Source: Candidatus Saccharimonadota bacterium
Lineage (GTDB): Bacteria; Pseudomonadota; Gammaproteobacteria; Enterobacterales; Enterobacteriaceae
Direction of reading: 5' to 3'
DNA: 32,000 nucleotides
Assembly: GCF_023585745.1 (NCBI RefSeq)
Contig: NZ_CP097762.1
Coordinates: 240,001-272,000 of the forward strand
Positions within the stretch are counted from its first letter, which is position 1. The number at the start of each line of letters is the position of its first letter. Both the position numbers and the translations under genes were made by a program. Shown here piece by piece: positions 1 to 11,297 of the stretch. The notes beneath the pieces were generated by a model. The model was given only the letters and a program-made list of their open reading frames with translations. It did no database searches and was not told the origin of the DNA.

Positions 1-268
1 CAATTTCGCTACCAATAGCGAACAAAACTAAACCACCAATAATAACTGATTTATAACCAATTTTATCAGAAATTAATCCACAAGGTATTTGAAAAATTAC
101 TTGCATAAAACCATATATACCAATAGCTATACCTAATAAACACCCATTTACTCCCTGTAATAAAAACATATGCGCAGTCAAAACAGGAAGTATCATAAAT
201 ACTCCTGACATACGCAACATATATATCGCGCTTACTCCTAATATGACGTACAGCTCTTTTTTGCTCAT
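1..268 (-). CDS. yajR: MFS-family transporter, YajR-like; 5' part only, gene runs off the left edge
   Basis: Reverse-complement translation from ATG (268..266) reads MSKKELYVILGVSAIYMLRMSGVFMILPVLTAHMFLLQGVNGCLLGIAIGIYGFMQVIFQIPCGLISDKIGYKSVIIGGLVLFAIGSEI and is open to position 1. The block LRM.G.F..LPVL...GIAIGIYG..Q..FQIP.G..SD.IG matches the E. coli YajR N-terminus as I recall it. yajR is the neighbour of cyoE in E. coli. It is missing from the ORF track because it is open-ended. Confidence 0.75.
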   Translation of the reverse strand, partial: MSKKELYVILGVSAIYMLRMSGVFMILPVLTAHMFLLQGVNGCLLGIAIGIYGFMQVIFQIPCGLISDKIGYKSVIIGGLVLFAIGSEI

Positions 269-400
269 TATTAAACTAATACTATTCAATTAGTAAAGTA
301 CATTTTTAATATAGATTAATATTTCAACTATATTAGTAAACAAAATGAAAGTATTCTATTTTAGAGATTAATCATAAAAACATGATTTTAAAATGTTATA

Positions 401-435
401 TAAAATATAATTACTGTAACTGTAATTATATTTTA
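401..435 (-). terminator. Perfect 14-bp stem / 7-nt loop hairpin downstream of cyoE; candidate cyo operon terminator
   Basis: TAAAATATAATTAC (401..414) is the exact reverse complement of GTAATTATATTTTA (422..435), with loop 415..421. It lies 24 nt 3' of the cyoE stop (459..461) on the minus strand, in T-rich context. The stem is almost all A:T, so it is thermodynamically weak. Confidence 0.35.
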
Positions 436-458
436 CACCAAAAACATCAGAATGTTAT

Positions 459-1328
459 TCATTTAGCTAATAAAAGGAAATCTAAAAATAAAGATAAATT
501 TATGGACAAAACAATAATTACAGATAATAAAAACATTTTTTTTGCCCATAAATAACTATTTTTAATAACTTTATATCCATAAGTTCCAACATATAACCAC
601 CATATACTTAGAATACTTGTAGATATTAAAAATATATAACTGGCATATCCTAAAATAGCAAATAACGCAATCATTATAATTAATCCAACTATACAGATAG
701 TCATGTGTGTCTGAGTTAAACTTATACCTTTTTCTGCGGGTAAAACAGGAATGCCGGCTAATTTATATTCACCAATATTTAGTATTAAAATAGAGTAAGA
801 ATGAGGAATTTGCCAAAAAATAAACATAAAAAATAATATTATAGCTCCCAAATCCAAATTGTTTGTAACAGCACAATATCCAATTAAAGGGGGTATAGAT
901 CCTGATATACTGCCTGCAACTGTACTATAAACAGATTTACGTTTCATCCAAAAACTATATACACCTAAGTATACTAACATACCTATTGCAGCTAAATACA
1001 CAACTAGTAAATTTTTTGTAAAAATTAAAAACAAAAATCCTAATATACTTAAAATTCCTGCATATAATATACTATTTATATAAATAGTTTTATTGCAACG
1101 GACTAAAATTCTATTTTTAGTTCTTTCCATAATTGCATCAATATCTTTATCAATAATATTGTTAAACACGCAACTCCCAGCCACAACCAACGCGCTACCT
1201 ATCATTGTTTTTATAAATAAAGGCCAAAATATATATCCTTTCAACGCTATTAAAAACCCTCCAATAGAAGAGGTTAAATTCCCTATAACGATCCCAGGTT
1301 TTATTAAAAAATAGTAATGCTTAATCAT
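459..1328 (-). CDS. cyoE: Protoheme IX farnesyltransferase (heme O synthase)
   Basis: 289-aa ORF, colinear with E. coli CyoE (KPGI.FGNL....GGFL, VFNN.ID.DID..MERTKNR, PHSY blocks). Last gene of the cyoABCDE order. Uses a TGA stop. Confidence 0.95.
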   Translation of the reverse strand: MIKHYYFLIKPGIVIGNLTSSIGGFLIALKGYIFWPLFIKTMIGSALVVAGSCVFNNIIDKDIDAIMERTKNRILVRCNKTIYINSILYAGILSILGFLFLIFTKNLLVVYLAAIGMLVYLGVYSFWMKRKSVYSTVAGSISGSIPPLIGYCAVTNNLDLGAIILFFMFIFWQIPHSYSILILNIGEYKLAGIPVLPAEKGISLTQTHMTICIVGLIIMIALFAILGYASYIFLISTSILSIWWLYVGTYGYKVIKNSYLWAKKMFLLSVIIVLSINLSLFLDFLLLAK

Positions 1329-1350
1329 ATATTAAAATGAGCTATTTTAG

Positions 1351-1653
1351 TTAAATCATTACATTATGATGTAAATGTTTCATAATCCATATACTTCCTA
1401 AGAATAAAACAGCAGCTATGAACAATGTAAATATTAAAAATATTAAATACCATAATTGCCTTAATGAGCCATATAGATGCAAAAAACACACTAAATGCAC
1501 ACCAATTTGAACCACGGCACATAATATTATAATTGTTATCAATATGTCTTTATGTACCATAGTACATAAAGACATACTAAACGGAAGAATTGTTAAAAAC
1601 CCAGACAGTATAAATCCAATAAAATACGATTTCTGTGTATAATCATTTTTCAT
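1351..1653 (-). CDS. cyoD: Cytochrome bo3 ubiquinol oxidase subunit IV
   Basis: 100-aa hydrophobic ORF in the position between cyoC and cyoE. Size and three-TM character fit CyoD (109 aa in E. coli). Confidence 0.85.
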   Translation of the reverse strand: MKNDYTQKSYFIGFILSGFLTILPFSMSLCTMVHKDILITIIILCAVVQIGVHLVCFLHLYGSLRQLWYLIFLIFTLFIAAVLFLGSIWIMKHLHHNVMI

Positions 1654-1656
1654 TAA

Positions 1657-2253
1657 TTAAAACACTCCTAATAAATACACTTCAGTAAATACACATATCC
1701 ATATAATATCAAGAAAATGCCAAAACAAACTTAAACATTGCAATCTTATACGATTTATATATGTCAACCCTTTATACATAATATGTATTACCATTAACAC
1801 AATCCATATCATACCTATTACTACATGTATACCGTGAGTACCAACTAACACAAAAAAGGCAGAAAAAAAAGCATTACTGCTCGGAGTATTTCCTGCTTTA
1901 ATTAAATGATAAAATTCATAACATTCCATACTAATAAAAAATAATCCTAATATAAAAGTAATCAACATCCAAACATTTATTTGCTTAATATTTACTTTTT
2001 TTACATATATCATCACTTGACCATAAGAAATACTACTGAAAAGTAAACAACAAGTTTCTATAAACACAAAAGGTATTGAAAATATTTCCTCTTTGTTATG
2101 CATAACAAGACAATCCATCATACCATGACTTAAGACTGCATATATTGTAAATAAACTAGCAAACAAAATACAGTCACTCATTATATATAACCAAAAACCA
2201 AATATAATTTTTTTACTTAAACTATGAAATGTTTGCATTATTATTGTATTCAA
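1657..2253 (-). CDS. cyoC: Cytochrome bo3 ubiquinol oxidase subunit III
   Basis: 198-aa ORF with FGFW.Y.MSDCILF, FFALVGTHG.HV and [13 protein letters not shown] blocks as in E. coli CyoC. The track start at 2253 is TTG. An in-frame ATG at 2238..2236 (MQTFHS...) is an equally plausible start. Either start overlaps the 3' end of cyoB. Confidence 0.92.
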   Translation of the reverse strand: MNTIIMQTFHSLSKKIIFGFWLYIMSDCILFASLFTIYAVLSHGMMDCLVMHNKEEIFSIPFVFIETCCLLFSSISYGQVMIYVKKVNIKQINVWMLITFILGLFFISMECYEFYHLIKAGNTPSSNAFFSAFFVLVGTHGIHVVIGMIWIVLMVIHIMYKGLTYINRIRLQCLSLFWHFLDIIWICVFTEVYLLGVF

Positions 2254-4201
2254 TTTCTTTAATTTTTTTTATCGGAATAATATATTCTATGTCATCATCA
2301 AATGTATGCATTATCCAGATTATCATCATTCCACATATACTAAAAATAACAAGCCACCATATATACCAAATCATACTAAAACCAAATATTAAACTAAAAA
2401 AAGATATCAATATTCCAGCGCTAGTATTTTTAGGCATATGAATAGGCTTGTATAATATATCAACCTGACTAGTACAACATCGTTTACTATTATTTTTTAC
2501 ATACCACAAGACATCACGATCTCTTCTGATAACGGGAATAACTGCAAAGTTGTAAAACGGTGGGGGAGAAACAGTTGACCATTCAAGAGTAAACCCATTC
2601 CATGGATTACCACTATGATCTTTATACATATCACGATTTAAAACGCTAATAACTATCTGAATAAATTGACACATAATACCCAAGCCAATTAAAACTGTCC
2701 CTACTGACGCAGTCAGTAACATAGGTGAGAACTCAGAATCAATATTTTCTCCTAATCGACGAGTCATGCCCATGAACCCTAGAATATATAATGGCATAAA
2801 TGCTATATAAAACCCAATAATCCAAAACCAAAAAGCCCTCTTTCCCCATGTTTCATTTAAAACATATCCAAAAGCTTTAGGAAACCAATACGTAGCGCCA
2901 GCAAAGCATCCAAATAACACACCACCGATTATTACATTGTGAAAATGCGCAACTAAAAACAAACTATTATGCAATATAAAATCAGCACCAGGTACTGCTA
3001 ATAATACTCCAGTCATACCTCCTATAGAAAATGTAATAATAAAGCCAATAGTCCAAAGCATTGGGGACGTAAAAATAATTTTACCACGATACATAGTAAA
3101 AAGCCAATTGAAAATTTTTACCCCAGTCGGAATAGCGATAACCATGGTCATAATTCCAAAAAACGCATTAACATTCGCGCCAGATCCCATGGTAAAAAAA
3201 TGATGTAACCATACACAAAAAGATAATACTGTAATCGCAACAGTAGCCCCAACTAATGAAGTATATCCAAACAACTTCTTTTGAGAAAAAGTAGAAACAA
3301 CCTCTGAAAATACACCAAACACTGGTAAAACTAAAATATAAACTTCTGGGTGACCCCAAGCCCAAAATAAATTTATATACATCATCATATTTCCACCAAA
3401 ATCATTGGTAAAAAAATGAGTTCCTAAATAACGATCTAAAGTTAATAATGCTATAGTAACAGTTAAAATAGGAAACGCCACAATAATTAATGTATTTGTG
3501 CATAAAGCTGTCCAGGTAAATACTGGCATTTTCATCATCATTAATCCCGGGGCTCGCATATATAAAATAGTAGTAAAAAAATTTATACCAGTTAAAGTAG
3601 TGCCTATTCCAGCAATTTGAATGCTCCATATCCAATAATCTACACCAACTCCCGGGCTATACTCTTTACTAGATAATGGAGGGTAACCAGCCCATCCTGT
3701 TTGGGCAAATTCACCTATTCCTAAAGATAAATTTATCAGAATTACTCCTACCATAAACAACCAAAAACTTAAAGAATTTAAAAAAGGAAATGCAACGTCT
3801 CGCGCTCCAATTTGCAAAGGAACTATTAAATTCATTAATCCTATGACAAAAGGAGTAGCCATGAATATTATCATAATCACACCGTGCGCAGTAATTACTT
3901 GATTATAATGATGTATTGATAAAAATTCATGAGCTCCAACAGATGACAAAGCTTGTTGTGTTCGCATCATAATTGCATCAACAAAACCGCGCAAAAACAT
4001 AATACATGATACTATAATATACATAATTCCAATTTTCTTATGATCTACAGAAGTAAACCACTCATTCCAAAGATACCGCCATTTTTTCAAATAAGTAATA
4101 TATCCAATTAACATCATTCCTATAAAAAACATTAAAATTATTGTGGACATAATAATTGTATCTTCATACGGAATCGAATGTATTGTTAATTTTCCAAACA
4201 T
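2222..4201 (-). CDS. cyoB: Cytochrome bo3 ubiquinol oxidase subunit I
   Basis: 659-aa ORF, near full-length colinear with E. coli CyoB (MFGKL..., [44 protein letters not shown]). Confidence 0.97.
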   Translation of the reverse strand: MFGKLTIHSIPYEDTIIMSTIILMFFIGMMLIGYITYLKKWRYLWNEWFTSVDHKKIGIMYIIVSCIMFLRGFVDAIMMRTQQALSSVGAHEFLSIHHYNQVITAHGVIMIIFMATPFVIGLMNLIVPLQIGARDVAFPFLNSLSFWLFMVGVILINLSLGIGEFAQTGWAGYPPLSSKEYSPGVGVDYWIWSIQIAGIGTTLTGINFFTTILYMRAPGLMMMKMPVFTWTALCTNTLIIVAFPILTVTIALLTLDRYLGTHFFTNDFGGNMMMYINLFWAWGHPEVYILVLPVFGVFSEVVSTFSQKKLFGYTSLVGATVAITVLSFCVWLHHFFTMGSGANVNAFFGIMTMVIAIPTGVKIFNWLFTMYRGKIIFTSPMLWTIGFIITFSIGGMTGVLLAVPGADFILHNSLFLVAHFHNVIIGGVLFGCFAGATYWFPKAFGYVLNETWGKRAFWFWIIGFYIAFMPLYILGFMGMTRRLGENIDSEFSPMLLTASVGTVLIGLGIMCQFIQIVISVLNRDMYKDHSGNPWNGFTLEWSTVSPPPFYNFAVIPVIRRDRDVLWYVKNNSKRCCTSQVDILYKPIHMPKNTSAGILISFFSLIFGFSMIWYIWWLVIFSICGMMIIWIMHTFDDDIEYIIPIKKIKEIEYNNNANIS

Positions 4202-4291
4202 TTTTCATAATATCCTCATATTTAAAATATTATTGTGAATATAATATTTAATTAAAAATGTGAACTATAATTGCAAAATTTTTATATTGAT

Positions 4292-5158
4292 TTAATATTT
4301 AAACTTATTAATAACTTCATAAAATAGATTAGTCTGTATACTTGAAAAATAAATTACTGCATTATTTTTGCTAGGAGCAGCTAACTCTTCATAAGTTATC
4401 ATATTATTGATATGATAAGGAGATTGACGAACTTTTTTAATCCACTTTTCAAATTCCTTTTCAGTGTCTGTCACAATAACAGTAAATTTCATGTTTGAAA
4501 ATCCTGAACCACTAAAATTAGAAGAAATTCCTTTATACTGCCCTGACTCTTGCGCTATTAAATTTAATTCTGTATGCATACCAGCCATAGCGTAAATTTG
4601 ACCACCTAATTGAGGGATAAAAAAAGCATTCATAACAGAATTAGAAGTAACATTAAATTTAATCGGCGTATTTATTGGAAAAACTAACTCATTTACAACT
4701 GCTATATTTTGTTGAGGATAAATAAAAAGCCATTTCCAGTCCAACGATATAACATCAACAATTATTGGTTGCGTAATAGCAGATACAATGGGTTTTTTAG
4801 GGTCTAATTTATGAGTAGACTTCCAGGTTAAAATACCTAAAATTATTATAATAATAATTGGAACAAACCAAATTACAAATTCTATTATTTTAGAATGTGA
4901 CCAATTGGGAGTATATTGTGCATTTCTAAAATTAGATGCTCTATATTTTAGAGTAAAAAAGAATGTCATTACAATCACTGGAATAATTATTAAGGACATC
5001 AAACCAAAAGCAGTTAACACCAAAGAACATTCTTCTGAACCGATTTGCCCTTTAGGATGTAATAATACCAAATTCGCACATCCACTTAAAATTGTTAAAA
5101 ATATTCCTAATAATAAAAATATACATATTCTACAATATTTATATATACTTATTTTCAT
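4292..5158 (-). CDS. cyoA: Cytochrome bo3 ubiquinol oxidase subunit II (lipoprotein)
   Basis: 288-aa ORF with lipobox LSGC and PKGQIG, KYRASN, YTPNWSHS, VMN.FFIP.LG.QIYAMAGM blocks as in E. coli CyoA. It lacks the E. coli C-terminal His/Met-rich tail. Confidence 0.95.
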   Translation of the reverse strand: MKISIYKYCRICIFLLLGIFLTILSGCANLVLLHPKGQIGSEECSLVLTAFGLMSLIIIPVIVMTFFFTLKYRASNFRNAQYTPNWSHSKIIEFVIWFVPIIIIIILGILTWKSTHKLDPKKPIVSAITQPIIVDVISLDWKWLFIYPQQNIAVVNELVFPINTPIKFNVTSNSVMNAFFIPQLGGQIYAMAGMHTELNLIAQESGQYKGISSNFSGSGFSNMKFTVIVTDTEKEFEKWIKKVRQSPYHINNMITYEELAAPSKNNAVIYFSSIQTNLFYEVINKFKY

Positions 5159-7186
5159 AAATCATTAATCTTAATAGATATTACAGTTAGTATTAGACAT
5201 TACTAAACTTTTATTGTATTTGATAAATTAAATTATACATCTTTAATCTATCAAATCACCACATTATTGATGCAAAATATACATACATTTCTACTATCTT
5301 TAAATTTATTAAAAACCATATGATTAAAAAAATCAAATATTTAAATATTATAAATAGATTGAAATATATTTTATTTTGGATAAAAATTTCAAATTTGTTT
5401 ATTTAAATTTTTTAAAATAAATTTAAATTATTTTAAAATTTTTAACTAATAAAAATCAATATAATTTATGTATAAAATTATTGTTTAAATTAAATTAATT
5501 AAAATTTTGGCAATAAAAATTTTCATGTAAGTATTCTTACTAAAAATTTATATCTTCATATATATTTAATATATTCAGTTTATTTTTTATTTTAAATAGT
5601 TAAGAAAAAATTTAAAGATACAAATATTAAAACATATCATACATTAAATACAATTAATATCTAATTTATTAGAACATATACTATAAAATATATTGTAATA
5701 TATATATGTATTAATTTTTTAAAAAATTATTAACTAATATTCTTTATTCTAGAAGAACGTATTTTGCTTTTTCAAAGCGCTCTGATAAATCAAATATGCA
5801 TTCAACAATTACTCAATTATTAATGAAAAGCTCTTCTAAAATTAAATTTTGAATCTAATCAACTATATCGATACACCACAATATAAGATGGCATATAATT
5901 TTTGTAATAAATAGCACATTTTTACATTATTCCGATATAGAAATACACCGAATGTATAATTAAATAAATTTAATCACATGAAGTACTAAAAATTATCTTT
6001 AGTACACATTTAAAACTAGTTTTCATCTATTCATTACAAATAATATACAGAAAAATCATAATAACGCGTTAATTAATTCTAAAAAATAAACTTTTCACAA
6101 TAAAGAACGCAAAGATAACAACATTAATAATTTTGCTATAATACTGAAAAATAATCAACATTGTTTCTATAAAAATACTCAATAAAAAAATTAGAAAAAA
6201 ATTTAATATTTCTGCTAAAATTTCTACAATCATCATGTAGAGCTGTACATTACATTCTTATATTATTTCTATTATTCAAAATAATAAAATAAAAATTTTT
6301 AAATTTATTGGGATTACAATAACACAATTTTAGAAAATTTTTTATAAAAAAATGTAAATAATAATGATTTAAATAATAAACTTACATTTTATAATGTAAA
6401 CATAAACAACATTATAAAAAATAACAAAAATTAAAATTATAGATCATACGTTATACTTTAATCATATTAATTACTTTATATATATAATTAAAAAATCAAA
6501 AAATTACAAAATATTAAAACATTCAAAAAAATAAAAATATCAGATAATTTTTAAAATTCTAATTTTTATATCACTCTAAATCCTGTGTAAAATTTCGTTA
6601 TTATTTTAACTAATAATTCAAAATTATAAAATATACATAAAACATCATATTCAAAAATATTAATAATTTATTTATTTCAATTAAAATCCTAAAAACAACT
6701 TAAATTATAAAAATAGTGAACAACTATATAAACTTCAAATAAGTTTATTCTAAAATATAAAATAGACTTTATTGCAATGAAATTTAAATTTCACACTTAA
6801 CTGACTAACAAATCTTGAATAAAATATTAAAATTTATATTATAATATTTTAAAATTATATATTATGAAAATTTCAGTTAGAAATGTTTTCTAACTAATTA
6901 ACACATTAACATAAAAATAATTCTTAGTATTAAACTGTAATAACATTAAATAAAATTAAACTATACATGACACGTGAAATATTTAAAATTATTCGACAAT
7001 AAGTATATAAACCGCGATAAAATTAAATATAAACAACTAAACTGAATACTATCAATTAATATTATTTTAGATAATAATTTAAAAAAACCAGTAATTTTTT
7101 ATTATGCAAATATTCAATACTTTATTTATATAAAATCTAAAAATTATTGAAATCATACCTTAAATACAGGAGTATAAATAAATACC
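5159..7186. other. 2.0-kb ORF-free, extremely AT-rich spacer; probable remnant of decayed genes
   Basis: No ORF of 60 aa or more in any frame between the cyoA start and the clpP start. E. coli carries ampG-yajG-bolA-tig here (from memory). I could not recognise residual homology by eye. Confidence 0.5.
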
Positions 7187-7810
7187 ATGAAATATTTTAA
7201 TAATCCCAGAATACCTGCCTATCATAATGCTAACATAATACCGACAATTATAGAACAAACAATTCGTGGAGATCGTGCATATGATATTTTTTCTTTATTA
7301 CTGAAAGAACGTATTATTTTTCTAACTGGTAAAATAGAAGACTACACAGCACATCTAATTATTGCACAAATGATTTTTTTAGAATCAGAAAATGCAGAAA
7401 AAGATATTCACTTATATATTAATTCACCAGGAGGATTAATTACCGCGGGAATGTCCATATATGACACTATGCAATTTATTAAACCTGACATCAGCACATT
7501 CTGTATGGGTCAAGCAGCATCCATGAGCGCTTTTCTATTAGCTTCGGGGTCTAAGGGTAAAAGATTTTGTTTACCAAATGCGCAAATTATGATTCATCAA
7601 CCATTAGGATGTTTTCAGGGACAAGCTACTGATATTGCTATTCATGCTCAAGAAATATTAAAAATTAAAAATAATATTAATACGCTTATGGCAAAACATA
7701 CAGGACAATCCATAGACATAATCAATAAAGATACGGAAAGAGATTGTTTTTTATCTGCTACAGAAGCTGTGAAATACGGAATAATAGACTGTGTTCTATC
7801 TAGAAGATAA
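7187..7810 (+). CDS. clpP: ATP-dependent Clp protease proteolytic subunit
   Basis: 207-aa ORF, the same length as E. coli ClpP. Contains [24 protein letters not shown], the catalytic GQAASM, MIHQP and DTERD. Confidence 0.97.
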   Translation: MKYFNNPRIPAYHNANIIPTIIEQTIRGDRAYDIFSLLLKERIIFLTGKIEDYTAHLIIAQMIFLESENAEKDIHLYINSPGGLITAGMSIYDTMQFIKPDISTFCMGQAASMSAFLLASGSKGKRFCLPNAQIMIHQPLGCFQGQATDIAIHAQEILKIKNNINTLMAKHTGQSIDIINKDTERDCFLSATEAVKYGIIDCVLSRR

Positions 7811-7955
7811 TAAAAAATTTAATAATTATTTCTAATACTTTATTACTTGAATATCATGTATAAAATATATATCTTATCACTTTCATATTTCAATAAAAAT
7901 TTAAAATACAAACACAATCAAATAATATGTATAACAAAATAAAGGATATTAAACT

Positions 7956-9251
7956 GTGAATCGTAATAACCAAGATCATCCACCAAATATACCGCATTGT
8001 TCATTTTGCGGAAAAGACCAAAACCATGTATTAAAATTGATTACTGGATTATCAGCGTATATTTGTGATACATGCGTAAATTTGTGTTCTAATGTAATTA
8101 ATCAAGACAACACAATTAAAAAAAAATTTATCAAGTTTCCTGAACCTTATGAAATTAAAAATTATTTAGATAATTACGTTATTGGTCAGGAACACACAAA
8201 GAAACTACTTGCAGTAGCAGTATATAACCATTATAAACGTTTAAATTATCAAAATACAATATCTATCAGTAATAAAGACTGTACCGAACTATCTAAAAGT
8301 AACATTTTACTAATCGGTCCAACCGGTAGTGGTAAAACATTGTTAGCAGAAACATTAGCACGATTCCTAAATGTGCCATTTGCAATATCAGATGCTACTA
8401 CTTTAACGCAAGCAGGGTATGTCGGAGAAGATGTAGAAAACATTATACAAAAATTATTACAAAAATGTAATTATGATATAAAAAAAGCACAACAAGGTAT
8501 CATTTATATAGATGAAATAGATAAAATTTCTAAAAAATCTGAAAATATCTCTATTACTAGAGATGTATCTGGAGAAGGAGTACAACAATCCTTACTAAAA
8601 TTAATTGAAGGAACTATAGCAGCAGTACCACCACAAGGTGGTCGTAAACATCCTCAGCAAGAACTTATATATATAGATACAACTAATATTCTTTTTATTT
8701 GCGGCGGCACATTTTTCAATTTACATAAAATTATAGAAAAACGCATCAATAATACACGTAGTATTGGATTTAATATCTCGAAAAATAATCACACTGTTTC
8801 ATCAAAAAATCATTATTTTTCATCATTATTAATGAAAACTGAGTCAGAAGATTTAATTAAATTTGGTTTAATTCCAGAATTTGTTAGTAGATTGCCAATA
8901 ATTTCTATTTTACAAGAACTACAAGAAAAAGAATTAATTAAAATCTTAAAAGATCCGAAAAATGCTTTAATTAAACAATATAAAATACTCTTTGAGATGG
9001 ATGGGGTAAAATTAGAGTTTTCAGAAACATCATTAACTGCAATAGCACAATACGCAATTAAAAAAAATACTGGTGCCAGAGGGCTAAGAGCTATTCTTGA
9101 AAATATATTATTAGATATAATGTACGAATTGCCTTCTAAAAAGAACATAAGTAAAGTAATAATTGATGAATCCGTAATATCCGGTATATCAAAACCATTA
9201 CTAATATATAGTAAACATAACATTATCCCTAATGACAACAATCATTCATAA
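7956..9251 (+). CDS. clpX: ATP-dependent Clp protease ATP-binding subunit ClpX
   Basis: 431-aa ORF with the C4 zinc-binding N-domain (CSFCGK...ICDTCVNLC), Walker [12 protein letters not shown], Walker [10 protein letters not shown] and GARGLR. GTG start at 7956, preceded by AAAGGA 9 nt upstream. Confidence 0.97.
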   Translation: MNRNNQDHPPNIPHCSFCGKDQNHVLKLITGLSAYICDTCVNLCSNVINQDNTIKKKFIKFPEPYEIKNYLDNYVIGQEHTKKLLAVAVYNHYKRLNYQNTISISNKDCTELSKSNILLIGPTGSGKTLLAETLARFLNVPFAISDATTLTQAGYVGEDVENIIQKLLQKCNYDIKKAQQGIIYIDEIDKISKKSENISITRDVSGEGVQQSLLKLIEGTIAAVPPQGGRKHPQQELIYIDTTNILFICGGTFFNLHKIIEKRINNTRSIGFNISKNNHTVSSKNHYFSSLLMKTESEDLIKFGLIPEFVSRLPIISILQELQEKELIKILKDPKNALIKQYKILFEMDGVKLEFSETSLTAIAQYAIKKNTGARGLRAILENILLDIMYELPSKKNISKVIIDESVISGISKPLLIYSKHNIIPNDNNHS

Positions 9252-9382
9252 AAAATAATTATATATATTTATGATTAATTTCTGTTAAGAAAAAATAAAA
9301 TGATATTTTATACACAATAAAAATATTTATATCAAAAAACAATACTCAATTTAACTAAATAATAAAAATATTTTAGCAAAAT

Positions 9383-9637
9383 TTATTTTTTATTTAGATA
9401 ATGTTCTGCACCAAATAGAAAGAGTTTCATTTCCTTTTCAAGAAAAGCACGATCTAATACTTTTAACATATTCAATTTATTTTCGTTAATTAAAATAGTC
9501 TGCTTATTTTGCCATTGTTCCCATGCTTTTTTCGAAATATTATTATAAATATATTGACCTAAACTTCCAGGATAACATAATTTATTTAATCCATCAGCTT
9601 TTTTCTTAAAAAATAAACAATAAACTATTCTAGACAT
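9383..9637 (-). CDS. yggX: Fe(2+)-trafficking protein YggX
   Basis: The track ORF runs to 9652. The ATG at 9637..9635 gives [12 protein letters not shown]...YPG.LG..IYN.ISK.AW.QWQ.KQT.LINE.KLNM, which matches the E. coli YggX N-terminus (MSRTIFC...). It lies directly downstream of mutY, as in E. coli. Confidence 0.88.
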   Translation of the reverse strand: MSRIVYCLFFKKKADGLNKLCYPGSLGQYIYNNISKKAWEQWQNKQTILINENKLNMLKVLDRAFLEKEMKLFLFGAEHYLNKK

Positions 9638-9719
9638 TATTAAAATTCTCATTTGTTAAACTAATAAAAATTTTAGACTATTTATTATTATAAATAATAT
9701 CAGTCACATCACTATTTAT

Positions 9720-10772
9720 TCATAAGTTCTGTAAAATTATAGAAACTGGTTTTGGTAACCCAACATTCGGGGGATCTATTAAATCATACCAAGTCCCATC
9801 ATGGGAATACTGTAATTTCTTATTCATATCTACTAACACTGGTTGTATAATTAAGTCTATATTACTTAATCTATATTTAAGTATAGATAAATATCTACGG
9901 GGATTATGATAAAGATCAACACTTACTAACCAAGCATCTAACATGCTAACATTTTTAAATTCAGGAAAACAAAATAAACCACCCCAAATCATTTTAATTG
10001 GACGTTTTTCTAACCATACCATATTAGTATAATATTTATAAATTTTAAGTAACAACAAATAGATGATTTTTTGTAGAAATATTTTCTTAGGTTTTTTCTT
10101 TGGGTATTGACTTACACTGTTTCTAAAAAAAGCTTGGCAACCTTTTTGTAAAGGACAAAAATTACATTTTGGATTTCTATTAGTGCATACTAATCTACCA
10201 AGGTTCATCATAGCTTGATTGAAAATGGACACTTTTTTATTCGGCAATAATTTAGTGCTTAATAACCATAATTCTTTATTCACATTAGATTTATTGCCTG
10301 ATAAATAATAATCAAGAGCATAATATCTAATCAAAATCCTCTTGATATTACCATCAAGAATTGCGTAATGTTGATCTAATGTTAATGATAATATAGCTCC
10401 AGCAGTAGATTTACCTATTCCAGGTAAAGAAATTAATATATTAAAATCTTCCGGAAATGCACCATTATAGCGTGCAATTATAATTTTTGCTGTTTTATGT
10501 AAATTTATAGCTCTGGAATAATAACCCAATCCACTCCATAAACACAATACTTCGTCCAATTCCGATTGTGCTAATTGTGCGATCGATGCAAATTTTTTTA
10601 AAAACCGTCCGTAATAAGGAATAACCGTTTGCGCTTGCGTTTGCTGCAACATAATTTCAGAAACCCAAATACTATACATGGTTTTATTCAATTGCCACGG
10701 AAACGGACGTAGCGCACACGTATCATACCAAAACAATATGGTTTTCGAAAAATTACCATGTGACACATGCAT
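9720..10772 (-). CDS. mutY: Adenine DNA glycosylase (A/G-specific)
   Basis: 350-aa ORF, the same length as E. coli MutY. Contains WVSEIMLQQTQ, GLGYY.RA.NLHK, LPG.G.STAGAILS and the Fe-S cysteines C....PKC..CPL...C. TGA stop. Confidence 0.95.
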   Translation of the reverse strand: MHVSHGNFSKTILFWYDTCALRPFPWQLNKTMYSIWVSEIMLQQTQAQTVIPYYGRFLKKFASIAQLAQSELDEVLCLWSGLGYYSRAINLHKTAKIIIARYNGAFPEDFNILISLPGIGKSTAGAILSLTLDQHYAILDGNIKRILIRYYALDYYLSGNKSNVNKELWLLSTKLLPNKKVSIFNQAMMNLGRLVCTNRNPKCNFCPLQKGCQAFFRNSVSQYPKKKPKKIFLQKIIYLLLLKIYKYYTNMVWLEKRPIKMIWGGLFCFPEFKNVSMLDAWLVSVDLYHNPRRYLSILKYRLSNIDLIIQPVLVDMNKKLQYSHDGTWYDLIDPPNVGLPKPVSIILQNL

Positions 10773-11150
10773 ATATTATTATTTCTAATACGGAAAGTAT
10801 CATAAATTCTCACAAAAATAAATATATCAAAAATAAAATTACATTTCCATATACTATAGTGCGAGTAATATAAAAACTTAATAGATTAAAAATCTACGGC
10901 AATGTATACTATTATCATATAATTAAACATATAAGATGTGTTTATATTTACTGTTGTAAATATTTAAATCGATAACTAAACATCTTATATAACCCTATAA
11001 AATTTAGTTTCACAATTAAAATAGTTTAGATAAAACTACTTAAAGTTAATATTTTTCATAATGTATGAATATATAAAATATATTCAGTACAGACAATGCT
11101 TTATATTTTAAATAACATAAAATACTTAAATTAATAAAAATTAGTAAACA

Positions 11151-11180
11151 TTGACAGTAATACATTAACATAACTATAGT
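11151..11180 (+). promoter_or_regulatory. Sigma70-like promoter: TTGACA, 18-nt spacer, TATAGT
   Basis: An exact -35 consensus TTGACA (11151..11156), an 18-nt spacer and TATAGT (11175..11180). It lies on the + strand in the mutY/ruvX spacer and points at the hairpin at 11298. -10-like hexamers are common in AT-rich DNA, so support is modest. Confidence 0.3.
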
Positions 11181-11297
11181 TATATTATATTAATAACTGC
11201 AACACACATTGCATACACATAAACCATTTGATAAATTATAAAAAATTTACACATAACACAATTATTTAATTAAAGTCAATTTTTTTAACATTAATAA

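Noticed and set aside
1093-5168. ORFs 1093..1314(+), 2229..2441(+), 3168..3365(-), 3402..3635(-) and 4905..5168(+)
   Set aside because: They are antisense or alternate-frame ORFs nested inside cyoE, cyoC/cyoB and cyoA, and the cyo reading frames explain the region fully.
5712-5729. Low-complexity palindromes such as TAATTTTTTAAAAAATTA (5712..5729), the symmetric TGAAATTTAAATTTCA block around 6777..6792, and the ATTATTCATAT..ATATGAATAAT pair at 18171..18201
   Set aside because: They are homopolymer or (AT)n-driven symmetry that arises trivially in DNA that is almost entirely A/T. They are not comparable to the mixed-sequence 14-15 bp stems reported as findings.
5747-5815. Short minus-strand reading frame ending ..VIVECIFDLSERFEKAKYVLLE-stop, and a 33-codon hydrophobic frame at about 6130..6236 (minus strand), as possible gene remnants
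   Set aside because: They look protein-like, but I cannot match them to AmpG, YajG, BolA or Tig from memory. Frames this short occur by chance. They are left as part of the spacer finding rather than called pseudogenes.
8249-9241. ORFs 8249..8443 (64 aa) and 8813..9241 (142 aa) on the minus strand
   Set aside because: They lie entirely antisense within clpX. They are low-complexity I/L/S/N/F-rich translations typical of the reverse strand of AT-rich genes, and resemble no protein I recognise.
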